From a virus (Duplodnaviria > Caudoviricetes), in the IMG/VR virus record IMGVR_UViG_3300017761_001092, positions 1 to 45,454 of that record: a stretch of DNA of 45,454 nt. One strand, written 5' to 3'. The position numbers and the translations under genes are program-made. The notes under the pieces are model-generated. The model searched no databases, had not been told where the DNA came from, and was given only the letters and a program-made list of their open reading frames with translations. Position 1 is the stretch's first letter. Each line of letters starts with the position of its first letter. Below, piece by piece: positions 9,834-20,434 of this stretch.

Positions 9834-12800
9834 ATGGGACTTTTCGACGATCTTCTTGAGGAAGATAACATTCAAACTACTCCAAAGAGAGGCGGCTTAT
9901 TTGATGATCTTCTTGAAGAAGAGAAAGAGATAGGAACGCTTGAGGGCATTTCTAACGCAGCTAGGAACGCTTTCGATTCATCCCGCCAAGCATTGGACGT
10001 TGTGGGTGGCGTAACTCCAGAAGAGGCTCAAAACATATCCAAGATTGAGTTTGATAAGAGATCAAGGAAGCTTGCTCCTGGTTACGACGAATACCAAAAG
10101 GCTGAAGGATGGGATGCGGTATGGGCATTTGCTAAGAACCCAATCGAGGTTACATCAAACATCATAGCCGAAGGTCTTGCTGGTAGCTTGCCTGCACTTG
10201 GGGCAGGATTGGCTGCTGGTGGCGTTGGTGCTGCTATCGGCGCTCCAACTGGAATTGGCGCACCAATTGGATTTACCGCTGGTCAAGTAGCCGGAACATT
10301 TGCTGGATCGCTTGCAACGGAATATGGAAGCAAGGTTCTTGAAGAACTTCAAGGCGAGGGGATGGATATTTCTGACCCTAATAGTATCCAGACATTCTTT
10401 GGCAATGAAGAACTCGTAGGAAAAGCTAGGGACAAAGCATTAACGCGAGGAGTTCCAGTTGCTGCATTTGATGCGTTGTCTGCCGGTATCGGTGGCAAGC
10501 TCGGAAGAGTATTCGGAACTAAAGCTATCGAAGAAGGTGGAAAGGTTATTGGTAAACAATTTGCAACCAAAACTGGTGGGGCACTTACTGAACTTGGAGT
10601 TCAGGCGGGGCTTGGTGGTGGAGGTGAAGTTGCTGGTGCGCTTGCTGCTGGTGAGCCGATTGAAGGCAAGGCAGTATTTGGTGAGGTTATCGGTGAGGTT
10701 GGGCCAGGCTCTATTGAAGTACTTACTGGTCGTATTGCTGATAAACGAGCAATGGCCAAAGCCCAAGAAGATGCGAAGATCAAGGCTACTTCTGAACTAT
10801 CTACAACCCTTGAAGAGAATAACGCTCCACTTACCGCCAATGCAGTAACAACAAGGGCTGCAACTAACATTGAGCAAGATAAACTTGCCGCACAATTAGA
10901 CGAAGAACTTTCAATACAACAAGCAGCAGCCGCTGCACAACCACCAACAACAGATGCCACTAAAGAAATCATCCAGCCAGAAGGCGTTCGTGAAGAACCT
11001 CAAGACGGAACTCAAGTCGAACCGACCAATGAAACAATCGCTCGCAATCGCGTACTCGGTGCAGAAGCAGGCCAAGAAGAAGGGCAAGTAGATCCTGTCG
11101 TTAGCGGGTTACAAGCTGTAGCCAACAATACCGCAACAAGTGAGCAGATTGCCTCGCTATCGATGCAAGGACTCGTAGACATACGTAGAGGCCAAGCAAT
11201 TATCAATGAGGACGGAGAGGGCATCCTAGCGCAAGCGCAAGCCCCATTGCCAAAGCTCACACCAGAAGCAAGAGCTGCTGAAGTTGAAGCTGTAACTCCA
11301 AGACCACTTCCAACGGATGTTTTACCTACAGAGACACCAGGCGCGGAATACGGAAGAGAAGCTGAATTGTTTGATGTATTCGGTAATGTCAGAAGGAAGC
11401 CAGCAGAGATTCCAGTAGAACCTATCATTGGAGAAGAACCGCAAGTTTCTCCGATAGTAGGCGAGCAAGTTACAGAGACAGCTCCAGTAGAACAAGTTGC
11501 TGAAACTCAAATCGCAGAAGAACCTATCATCTTGGAAAAACCGCAAACTTCTGAGATAGTAGGTGCTGAAACTCCTGCTATTGTTGAACAAGAACAAGTT
11601 GCGACAGCGGAAGTTCCCGCACCAGGGGTTGAGAAACCAACTGGTGGTATTGATTATTACAAGCAACTTGGTGAACAAGATGCGTTAGACGCTAATCGCA
11701 AAAAGAAGCGTTCAGTTCCGCAGAACTTTAAATTGGCATATGAAGTAGGTTGGTCTGATGCAAGAAAAAAACTTAGAGCAGAACCAGTCACTCCCGCACC
11801 AGTCACCGAGCCAGTAGTAGAACCTTCCCGAACGGGAATAACAGAGCCTGCCATAGCCGCCGAAGAACAAGTTGTTACCGAGCGGGAAGCTGCACCAGCA
11901 GAAGCTCCCGCGCCAGAGGTTGGAGATATTGTTGCTGTTGATAGAAAAAATAATACTGAATTTGCTTTAGTTAAAGGGCTGCTTCCAGAAAGGCCGGATA
12001 TGTTTTCAATCGGAATTAGACTGATTGGATCAAATCAACCATTTGAAAGTGGAGGTTACGGACACAATACTAGCAAAGATTCTGTAATGAAGCGTTTCTT
12101 TGAAAAGGAACGGAGTAGACTTCAAGATATTGAAATTAAAAATCAATACTTCCAGAATATTATTAACGAAGAGGAAGGCAGGGTTTCTGCTGTAGAAGCT
12201 AAAGAATCGGAAAAGAAACAGCAGGAGCAGGAGAAACAAAGACAATTTAATGAAGAAAAGGCGGCATATGAAGATGCAATATCTCAAGTTAAGATTCCAA
12301 CAGGGAAATCTGAGACAATGCGATTCACCGCGCCAGACGGTTCAGATCAGGCTTTTGAATCAAAACGATATGGAGATGTCGGAATAAGAAAAGTAACATC
12401 TGGCAAGAATGCGCTATACAATGTGGATCATTGGCATTCTGGACTGCGTATTATGCAGTTTAATTCTTTGTCTGAAGCCAAGAAATTCACGCAAGCAATC
12501 ATTGCATCTGGAGCTGATATTTCTAAAAAAGACATTCAAGAATCTGAATTAGAGAAACTGCGACCAATTGCTAGATACTTTAGGAGCGGAGAAGTGGTTC
12601 CATCCCTTCCATCGCAACTCACTCCAGCAGTATCGGAAACAATAACCCCCGCCGCAGAACCAGAAGGCATCACGGTAGGCAACCGAGTCAAGTTAGGCAA
12701 GAGTCCACAGACATACACCATCGAAGAAGTCATCCCTCAAACAGCAACAGAGAGAGATTTAGGCGAGCAGTATTACTCTGTGAAGAACGAACGCACGGGA

Positions 12801-15800
12801 GAGGTGCAAGTAGTAGAGGCAATGGACTTGAAGAAGGTTGGTGGGAAGAGGGCGCGGAAAATGGCTGTCGAAGAGAAGATTTCTAAAACAGCATTGATTG
12901 ATAAGGATGGAAGCATCATTAGCGCACCAAATAAAAATCACGCAATGCTAATGGAGGAGAGCCAGTTCAACTTGGATGCTGGCGAGTATCCTCCAATGGA
13001 GAACTATGGGTTTGTTACAAACTTTGGAAGATTCGTTGGTCAGAAGGAAGCGCAGGAGATCGCTCGTAATTCGCGGCAGGTTGTAGGAAATCAGCCAATC
13101 AGCGGAGAGATTGTTACTGCAATCAACGAAGAAGAAGGCGCGAATATTTTAAGGCTCAATGTCCAAGGCGCTTCTGGAAACAAATTCAATGAAGCAGGGT
13201 TCAAGAGATTCCCCGGCATTGCTGTTACGAAAACTAATTCAGCAACACTAACATCGCATCCATTATACAATGCAGCAAAAAACTTTGAGAATGTAAAAGC
13301 TGCTAAAATTATTGTGGATGAATTAATTGACGATCAATTCATTTTTGATTTATTTGCAAACATTGATGAGACTAAACCCGCTTATATTGTTCCAATATTA
13401 AAAAGCGAGGGAGATTCTTTAAATATGCTTCCAGTTGCATTGGCTGAAAAACTCTCCAATGCAAGCGGAATCCCCGTGTGGGGTAACTTGATTCAAGCTA
13501 CTTCAGAACAAAGCACTGGTGCTGGAGTGAATGATAAGACGGAGATATCAAGGCAGTTCATGGGTGAAGCTCCCCCAGAAGGATCACAGATAATTATCGT
13601 TGATGATTATCTTGCTACTGGAAGAACAATCGCTTCGCTTGAAAATATGAGTGGAACGGCATCTGCTGTTGCAACAATAGCTCTTGGAAGATATGGGAGA
13701 CAATATGGGCTTACCACTAAACAAGCAGAAAATTTACTTGAAAAAGCAAACACAACAAGAGAAAGATTTTATGAAATATATGGATTACAACCAGAACAAG
13801 CAATCACCGGAATTGAAGCCCAAGTCTACCTCCTTAATGGGGCCGCTGGGGAAAGTGGACTTACAAGTAGATTCCCTGTCGAAAAAATTTCACCAAGCAA
13901 TGAAAGAATTAAAAACATTGCGAATATCCCAGAATCAATAGTTTTATTTTCTGGAGGAGGGTTGTTTGAACTTGGGATTAGAGGAATTGCAAGACCTGGG
14001 TATGCTGTAGAGGCTAATCAAAGAATTGCTGAATTCTACGAGGAGGCTCATGGAGTTCCCGTAATTCAAGAGTATGTCCAGAATGTAAAATTTTATGGGA
14101 TTAATGGAGGACACTTCCATGCGTCTCCTGTTTGCAAGAATTTCTCTGGAGCTAAAAACAAAAAACAAATTACAGAAGCAGACATAGAGCTTGATAAGAC
14201 TGCTGCAAATGCTGTTGCTCAAGCAATTACAGACATACAGCCAAATACAATTTCCATTGAAAATGTAAAACAATACATTGGTTCTGATTCATATAATACA
14301 ATCATATCTGCTCTTGAGAAGAATGGTTATATTTATGATGCAAATGTATATAAATCTAGCGATTTTGGATCGCCAACAAGCAGAGAGAGGCTTATTATCA
14401 GAGCCGTTAAAAAAGGTGGAGTTCTACCAGAAATAAAGAAGAAAAAGAAAACAATGTCTTGGTATGATTCTCTTAAAGACATTGTTAATGATTTGCCAGA
14501 TCACAATATTTATGAGCGCAGATATCCTGCTAAAATGATGCGGGCATTGGAGCGCAAAGGAATTGATTTATTTAATGTTAGAGAACCGCTTTTAATTAGT
14601 GGAATGAGCGGAGAGTCTATGCGTTGGTCAAATGAACCTGCGTTTACACTCTTGGCATCACCTGGGTCTTTAAACATTATTGCTCTTCCTGGCGGCATTG
14701 TTAAAAAAGTTACAGCACGGGCAATGGCAAGAATGACTGGTGTTCCAGATTCATTTCCACTTCCAGAAGACGAAGCTCTTGCAAAAACAATTGTTGGAAA
14801 TGGAATTCCTCCTGCGCTTACAAGATCGGTGATTGGCGACTTGATTCAAAAGAATCAAAAGCCAGAAGTTGCCGTTCCAAAACCAGTTGATAAAAAAAAT
14901 CGCTACACATACGAAGAAGCTGTAAGGCTGGTTGACTCATACTTCGACAAGGAAGGAATACCAGAAGGTGTAGTTATTGTAAACAATACTACTGATCCAG
15001 ACCTTGAGATGAAGGCAGGGTATTTCGTGAATCGTGGACAGATCGTTATTAACCTCGCATATATCGCTAAAGGAGAGAACCTATCTGATATTATCTCACA
15101 CGAACTTGGTCACTTCATTTTTGGAGATCCAGAGTTCCAAGCTGAATTCAAGAAGTTCTGGGACTTAATGACACCAGAAGAACAAGCTGAAGCTGATAGG
15201 CTAATAAACCAATTTTACAACGAAGAGACTGGCGCAGTGCAGATGGAAGAGAAGCAAGTCCGTGCATTCATGCAGTTGATCCAAGAGGGCAATGCTCAAC
15301 CACAATGGAAGAAGGTTCTGGATACGATCAAGCGTTGGATTAACAAGTATCTTAAAACGAACTTTCAGGTAACTGACAGAAACGCATTGGCAGTCCTTGC
15401 TGCCGCACACAAGCGATTTAAGAGTGGTGAGCGTATCATCCGTGAGATTGACTCTGGAGTGCTTAAAATGGCAGCAGAGCCGAAGCGTGAGCAAGTAGCA
15501 GGCAAGGAGCGCGGAGAGATCATTACGACTCCAGAAGGAATCATTAAGCAAACGAACGAGGTATTGCGTAAGAAGTTCTTCGATGGATCAGTAGTCTCTG
15601 ACGAGAATACAAGTGCTGCATGGGATTACATAGAGCAATTGTTGGATATTAAATCTGGATCCGCATATGACTTGGCCGGACAGATCAACAATGTTGTAGA
15701 TCAAGAAACAAATTCGGATACAAGAATGGGCGCTGGTTTGTTCTCTGTATCACTTGCAAATTACGCTGCAAAGTTGGCAGCTCAAGGCAATACTACAATG

Positions 15801-18800
15801 ATTTCATATCTTGTTCGTAGAATTAATAGTATGCCAACCGATAATCGTGGAGGCACTGCAACAGAATCTGGTAGGGTGTTAAGAGGCAAGCGGGAATACG
15901 ACATTGATGGATATCACACAATAACAACTGAACATGATTCCAAGGTTGAAAGAACGGCAGCTACATTGTTTGGAACAAGCAAGCCTAGCAAGGAGCAGGT
16001 AAGGGTTGTTCAAGATGCAATTGATGCCGCTGATGAAGAATCTATTGGAACCCCTGAAGACGTTGCTGCTGAAATTGAAAAGGTAGAGGAGCGAACAAAG
16101 CGTCCGATAATCAAGGCTATCGATGAAAAGATAAAAGAATCAACAGATCCAAAGAAAGAAGAACTTCTTATCTCGTTTGAGAATTTAGATGCAGATAGAA
16201 AAATCAAAGGAATCACGATTAAATATAATCCGCAGAAGGTAAACGCAGCCAAAAACATTAAAGATTTTATTATTGGCAAGATGGTTGACTATAGGAAAAC
16301 ACTTGTCAATCAAGGAGCGGGTGGACTTGAGTCTACATTCTGGCAGACGATGAGTAATCAAGAAAACAAGCCTGGCCCATTGGGAGAGCTTGACCAAGCG
16401 CAGAACAACGAACTTGCTAAGATCGTTAAGAGTACGCTTATTAAACTTGGACTAAAGGGAGAGCCTCCGAATACAAAGATGACAGACATTGAAAAGGTTG
16501 CGTCCATCTTGAACGAGAATAAGTTGAGTGATGAGAAGAGGCTTGAAGCTGATAGCAGGATCGTTGAGGAGATCGAGCGTAGAAGGCAGAGCGAACTTGC
16601 ATCCGGCTCAAGCCCAGAAGCTGTTAACGCGAAATACGATGTCATTCTTGATGCTTGGAATGAAGCTATGAGCAGGCAGATTAATATGCCAATCAGCGAC
16701 AATATGCTTCAGCGTTTGCTTAAATCAGAGATCAAGGAACGCAATACGAAGACAAGCGAGCTTATCAACGAAGAAGACGGAAGAGTTGTTGAGGAAGTTA
16801 AGAATGACATTGTTGATTCTATTATTCGCAGAATCTATGGTGTTTCTAAAGAGTCTGAAATTGGAATTGAGATGGATGAGGATTACACCAATCTTCAGTC
16901 TTATTTAAAGCAGACGCTTAACAATATGTATGCTACGGCCATTGATAAAAAAAATGCCGCATACGCAAAACGCCAAGCACAGATAAGTCTTAGGAGCAAT
17001 GTTGAAGGACAAGCTCAATCAATCATCAATCAACTTGCAGATCAGATGACAGATACTCCTGCGTTCCCGCAGAAGCAAGAGAACCAAATTAAGGCTATTG
17101 TTCAACAAGACTTGAGGCAGAGACCAAACATGGGACGCAAGCAACCCTGGACGAGCCAGCTTACTGCAAAGCTTATACAGGCTGGAGTAAGCGAAACTCA
17201 GGCACAAAAGATCTCTGACCTCGTATGGAGGCAGCATGAGATTAAGGCAATGGATCGTGAGCTTAAAGAGCTTCAGACGGCAGCAGAGAAGGGATCTCTC
17301 GCAGTTATCATCCAGCGCATCAAAGACACTCCGCTTGCAATGCAACAAGAACCTAACTGGATGCAAGGCGTAATCCGCGAATACTTGGTTGAGGCAGGAC
17401 TATCAGAGAATGCAGCTAAGACAGCAGCGAGGCTCTATGAAAGCGTGATATCTGAAAGATTCGCTGAAGCCAAGCAGAAGGCATTTGAAGCCGCTCTTAA
17501 CAAGTCAGCACCTTGGAATAACTTCCTTTCTAGAAATGTTAAGCTTGGTAAGGACGCATTGAAGAAGATTCAAGAAGCAATTAGAACTGGAGTGCTTGAT
17601 CCTACGCAGACTACAGAAAGCATTATTGCAAAGCAGAACGGATGGTCTGGCTTCAGCAAAGAACAACTAACTCGCATTGTCCAGTTGGATGACATACTTT
17701 CAGATAGTAATACTGATCAAGTCACAAAGGCCGAAGCAATGTCTGAACTGAATAAGATTATTGTAAAGGCAAAGATGCCAGTAAGATTCAAAGATGCAAT
17801 CAGCTCATTCTATGTTGCTCAGGCTCTCATGGGTATTCCGACATTTACGGTTAACATTGCTAGCCCTACGTTTTTTGCAATTCGCAACTTGGCTATAGAT
17901 GTTGCTAAATATGCAGCTACAGATCCGAAAAACATTCCGGTTGCATTTCAGAGCTTTATGAATTCCATGCAAAACTGGAAAGACAATTCTTTGTATGCAT
18001 TTAAAAACCAAATTTATATGTCTGGTGAAATTGAATATATGCAAGGGCAAAACGTCCTGCGCGAATTATTTGATAAAGGAATGGATCAGTGGAAGAAGGG
18101 TGAGTATGCAAATGGCATGGCAAATATGCTTGTCGGCATGACGCAAATTACAGGGCGAGTTCTTTCATCTTTGGATCAAGGCGCAATTGCAATGATGGAA
18201 AGCCAAAATATTCCAAGGTATGCCCTTGATGCAATGGCATCTAATAAAAAGATTCCTAAAGATAAACGTAAAGAAATTGCAAATATTGCTCTTTATGGAC
18301 GTAACCGTATGAAGCAAGACTTGATAGAGTCTGGAATGTCGCCAGAAAGAGCTGGAGTTCTTGCCGATCTTCAAATGCGTTCTGAGCTTATCGCATCACT
18401 CTCAGAGTACGGCATCAGCAAAACGGAAGTACTTGACGCTTCATTGAACGATGCGCTTCAGTCTGTTGGTAGAAATCGTGTTATTACAACAGAAGGATTC
18501 AAGCAGGAGCGCAATAACTTGCGTGATGCCGGAATAACATCTGGGCTTGCAATTGGGTTCCTTGAGAACCTTGCATCAAGTGCAAACAAGGGTGGTCAGG
18601 CACAGCAAATTTTCGCTAGAATGCTCTACGGATTTGCGCTAGTTCCGGCTCGCGTTTTCTCTACGGCGCTATGGTTTAGTCCAGTTGGATTCGTTAGGCT
18701 TGGCGTTGATTCATTACTAAAGAAAGCAGGGGTTGAATCACGTTATGCAATGTCACTTGCCACTGACCTTCAATACAAGCAACGTGTTTATGAGTCTATT

Positions 18801-19805
18801 GCTGGAACTGTTTTATTGGGCGCACTTGCATCAGTAGTGAAAAGCTCAACAGATGACGAAGACGATGAATTGCCATTTAAAATTGTAGCTACAGGTAACG
18901 GGCCTAACTACACCACTGATCCTCAATACTACGATTCATGGAACAAGAGGAATAAACCAGGCGAGTTGTCCATGTACTTTGGTAAAACAAAATTCACCTT
19001 AAACATTGGAAGAGGTGGTGAAGCAGTATCTATTCCGTTTATGATTGCTGGTGCATTTGACGATTGGAATATTAAATCAAAGCAAAATTCAGCAAAAAAC
19101 TCACCAAAAGATTTAGAGATGGCGGCAGAGGTATTGGGTTCAGCGTTCTATGCCTTCGCTCAACGTGGCCCTTGGGCTGCATTTGGAAAGCCATTGTTCG
19201 ACGCTAAAAAGCAAGACAAGCTTGTTCCAGAACTATTTGGTAAGGCGGCATACTTGGGCAAAACATTTGTTCCAATTCTAGGGTCTTCGCTTGCAAGAAA
19301 CATATCCGACTTCATCAATGATCCGATTGACAAGTCTTCTGTTCAAGGAGCTATTTATGCAAACACTCCGGTGATTGGGCCAATGCTTGGCACAAAGGCA
19401 CTCAATGCGCTTGGTCAGCCAGTTAGGGGAGATGATTGGAATGATAAGCTGTTCAAGCTTGGCGTTCCGATTGTATTCTCGTTCCCTAAAAACTCACCAG
19501 AAAATGACCTCAATATATTGATTCTAAAGAAAGGTGACGGGCCAACAATTCCTACAAGGACAAATGCACAGAAGAAATTTGGTGACATTATGACGGATAA
19601 AGAATTTGAAACATATGTTCGTGAGTATGGACGAGTTGTATCAGACAAGATGTTCAAGAACAGAAAGAGGCTTGAAGGTATGAATTCAGAGAACTATACT
19701 AAAGAACTAGATAAATATGTTAATGGGTACTCAATCGATGGGATTAAAGTCACAGGAGCTTCTGACATGGCAATTCGCGCTGTAAGAAAAGCAAGGAACC
19801 AATGA
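9834..19805 (+). CDS. giant polyvalent/ejection protein with PRTase, C5 cytosine DNA methyltransferase and zincin peptidase domains
   Basis: 3323 aa; N-terminal GLFDDLLEE twice plus Gly/Ala hydrophobic segments; PRTase loop IIIVDDYLATGRT (~13590); MTase motifs LFSGGG, HASPVC, ENV, RERL, GNGIPP (~13940-14830); HELGH (~15100). Confidence 0.85.
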   Translation: MGLFDDLLEEDNIQTTPKRGGLFDDLLEEEKEIGTLEGISNAARNAFDSSRQALDVVGGVTPEEAQNISKIEFDKRSRKLAPGYDEYQKAEGWDAVWAFAKNPIEVTSNIIAEGLAGSLPALGAGLAAGGVGAAIGAPTGIGAPIGFTAGQVAGTFAGSLATEYGSKVLEELQGEGMDISDPNSIQTFFGNEELVGKARDKALTRGVPVAAFDALSAGIGGKLGRVFGTKAIEEGGKVIGKQFATKTGGALTELGVQAGLGGGGEVAGALAAGEPIEGKAVFGEVIGEVGPGSIEVLTGRIADKRAMAKAQEDAKIKATSELSTTLEENNAPLTANAVTTRAATNIEQDKLAAQLDEELSIQQAAAAAQPPTTDATKEIIQPEGVREEPQDGTQVEPTNETIARNRVLGAEAGQEEGQVDPVVSGLQAVANNTATSEQIASLSMQGLVDIRRGQAIINEDGEGILAQAQAPLPKLTPEARAAEVEAVTPRPLPTDVLPTETPGAEYGREAELFDVFGNVRRKPAEIPVEPIIGEEPQVSPIVGEQVTETAPVEQVAETQIAEEPIILEKPQTSEIVGAETPAIVEQEQVATAEVPAPGVEKPTGGIDYYKQLGEQDALDANRKKKRSVPQNFKLAYEVGWSDARKKLRAEPVTPAPVTEPVVEPSRTGITEPAIAAEEQVVTEREAAPAEAPAPEVGDIVAVDRKNNTEFALVKGLLPERPDMFSIGIRLIGSNQPFESGGYGHNTSKDSVMKRFFEKERSRLQDIEIKNQYFQNIINEEEGRVSAVEAKESEKKQQEQEKQRQFNEEKAAYEDAISQVKIPTGKSETMRFTAPDGSDQAFESKRYGDVGIRKVTSGKNALYNVDHWHSGLRIMQFNSLSEAKKFTQAIIASGADISKKDIQESELEKLRPIARYFRSGEVVPSLPSQLTPAVSETITPAAEPEGITVGNRVKLGKSPQTYTIEEVIPQTATERDLGEQYYSVKNERTGEVQVVEAMDLKKVGGKRARKMAVEEKISKTALIDKDGSIISAPNKNHAMLMEESQFNLDAGEYPPMENYGFVTNFGRFVGQKEAQEIARNSRQVVGNQPISGEIVTAINEEEGANILRLNVQGASGNKFNEAGFKRFPGIAVTKTNSATLTSHPLYNAAKNFENVKAAKIIVDELIDDQFIFDLFANIDETKPAYIVPILKSEGDSLNMLPVALAEKLSNASGIPVWGNLIQATSEQSTGAGVNDKTEISRQFMGEAPPEGSQIIIVDDYLATGRTIASLENMSGTASAVATIALGRYGRQYGLTTKQAENLLEKANTTRERFYEIYGLQPEQAITGIEAQVYLLNGAAGESGLTSRFPVEKISPSNERIKNIANIPESIVLFSGGGLFELGIRGIARPGYAVEANQRIAEFYEEAHGVPVIQEYVQNVKFYGINGGHFHASPVCKNFSGAKNKKQITEADIELDKTAANAVAQAITDIQPNTISIENVKQYIGSDSYNTIISALEKNGYIYDANVYKSSDFGSPTSRERLIIRAVKKGGVLPEIKKKKKTMSWYDSLKDIVNDLPDHNIYERRYPAKMMRALERKGIDLFNVREPLLISGMSGESMRWSNEPAFTLLASPGSLNIIALPGGIVKKVTARAMARMTGVPDSFPLPEDEALAKTIVGNGIPPALTRSVIGDLIQKNQKPEVAVPKPVDKKNRYTYEEAVRLVDSYFDKEGIPEGVVIVNNTTDPDLEMKAGYFVNRGQIVINLAYIAKGENLSDIISHELGHFIFGDPEFQAEFKKFWDLMTPEEQAEADRLINQFYNEETGAVQMEEKQVRAFMQLIQEGNAQPQWKKVLDTIKRWINKYLKTNFQVTDRNALAVLAAAHKRFKSGERIIREIDSGVLKMAAEPKREQVAGKERGEIITTPEGIIKQTNEVLRKKFFDGSVVSDENTSAAWDYIEQLLDIKSGSAYDLAGQINNVVDQETNSDTRMGAGLFSVSLANYAAKLAAQGNTTMISYLVRRINSMPTDNRGGTATESGRVLRGKREYDIDGYHTITTEHDSKVERTAATLFGTSKPSKEQVRVVQDAIDAADEESIGTPEDVAAEIEKVEERTKRPIIKAIDEKIKESTDPKKEELLISFENLDADRKIKGITIKYNPQKVNAAKNIKDFIIGKMVDYRKTLVNQGAGGLESTFWQTMSNQENKPGPLGELDQAQNNELAKIVKSTLIKLGLKGEPPNTKMTDIEKVASILNENKLSDEKRLEADSRIVEEIERRRQSELASGSSPEAVNAKYDVILDAWNEAMSRQINMPISDNMLQRLLKSEIKERNTKTSELINEEDGRVVEEVKNDIVDSIIRRIYGVSKESEIGIEMDEDYTNLQSYLKQTLNNMYATAIDKKNAAYAKRQAQISLRSNVEGQAQSIINQLADQMTDTPAFPQKQENQIKAIVQQDLRQRPNMGRKQPWTSQLTAKLIQAGVSETQAQKISDLVWRQHEIKAMDRELKELQTAAEKGSLAVIIQRIKDTPLAMQQEPNWMQGVIREYLVEAGLSENAAKTAARLYESVISERFAEAKQKAFEAALNKSAPWNNFLSRNVKLGKDALKKIQEAIRTGVLDPTQTTESIIAKQNGWSGFSKEQLTRIVQLDDILSDSNTDQVTKAEAMSELNKIIVKAKMPVRFKDAISSFYVAQALMGIPTFTVNIASPTFFAIRNLAIDVAKYAATDPKNIPVAFQSFMNSMQNWKDNSLYAFKNQIYMSGEIEYMQGQNVLRELFDKGMDQWKKGEYANGMANMLVGMTQITGRVLSSLDQGAIAMMESQNIPRYALDAMASNKKIPKDKRKEIANIALYGRNRMKQDLIESGMSPERAGVLADLQMRSELIASLSEYGISKTEVLDASLNDALQSVGRNRVITTEGFKQERNNLRDAGITSGLAIGFLENLASSANKGGQAQQIFARMLYGFALVPARVFSTALWFSPVGFVRLGVDSLLKKAGVESRYAMSLATDLQYKQRVYESIAGTVLLGALASVVKSSTDDEDDELPFKIVATGNGPNYTTDPQYYDSWNKRNKPGELSMYFGKTKFTLNIGRGGEAVSIPFMIAGAFDDWNIKSKQNSAKNSPKDLEMAAEVLGSAFYAFAQRGPWAAFGKPLFDAKKQDKLVPELFGKAAYLGKTFVPILGSSLARNISDFINDPIDKSSVQGAIYANTPVIGPMLGTKALNALGQPVRGDDWNDKLFKLGVPIVFSFPKNSPENDLNILILKKGDGPTIPTRTNAQKKFGDIMTDKEFETYVREYGRVVSDKMFKNRKRLEGMNSENYTKELDKYVNGYSIDGIKVTGASDMAIRAVRKARNQ

Positions 19806-20434
19806 TCGAATACGAGTATATTGACAAGTCAACATCACCTAATGGGGGATGGAAGATTAAGGTTCCCCAAACTGGCATTGAATTCAAGCACTACGATTAC
19901 AAGTCCATTTGCAACGCATACAAGAATCATTGTGCAGCTAACGGGATATTCCTTACTCCAACTTGGGAAGAGGAGTTTATCTCTGAAATGTGCAAGCAGA
20001 ACGCGCATTGGGGAAGAATGTGCAGGAGAGTTGATATGAAGAAAATACAGAAGAGAAAGCTTTCGTTAACATCGGTCATGTCATTCTTGGGCATGATGAA
20101 AGCATGGGCGCAATCTACGTTATCCGGCAAGGATGCCTTTGTATCTCAGGCAGAGGCTGAAAGAAGGGCTTCTATTTGTGCTAACTGCCCAATGAATGTT
20201 ACGCTACAATTCTCATGTGGAGCTTGCATGGGCGCTGTTATTACGTTAATGAGTTCCATTATTGGGAACAGAAAGACAGAGCAAGATAAAGATCTCGGTG
20301 CTTGCCTTGTGTGTAGCTGCTCTCTAAAGGCTGCTGTCCACGTTCCGATTGAAGTGCAACGTGAAGGGTTAACCAACGAAATAAACCAAGAGTTTGACAA
20401 CATTAAATACTGCTGGAAACGAATAGAAACATGA
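19802..20434 (+). CDS. Cys-rich (Zn-binding) hypothetical protein
   Basis: ERRASICANCP, CGAC, CLVCSC and CW motifs; ATGA-coupled to both neighbours. Confidence 0.65.
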   Translation: MIEYEYIDKSTSPNGGWKIKVPQTGIEFKHYDYKSICNAYKNHCAANGIFLTPTWEEEFISEMCKQNAHWGRMCRRVDMKKIQKRKLSLTSVMSFLGMMKAWAQSTLSGKDAFVSQAEAERRASICANCPMNVTLQFSCGACMGAVITLMSSIIGNRKTEQDKDLGACLVCSCSLKAAVHVPIEVQREGLTNEINQEFDNIKYCWKRIET

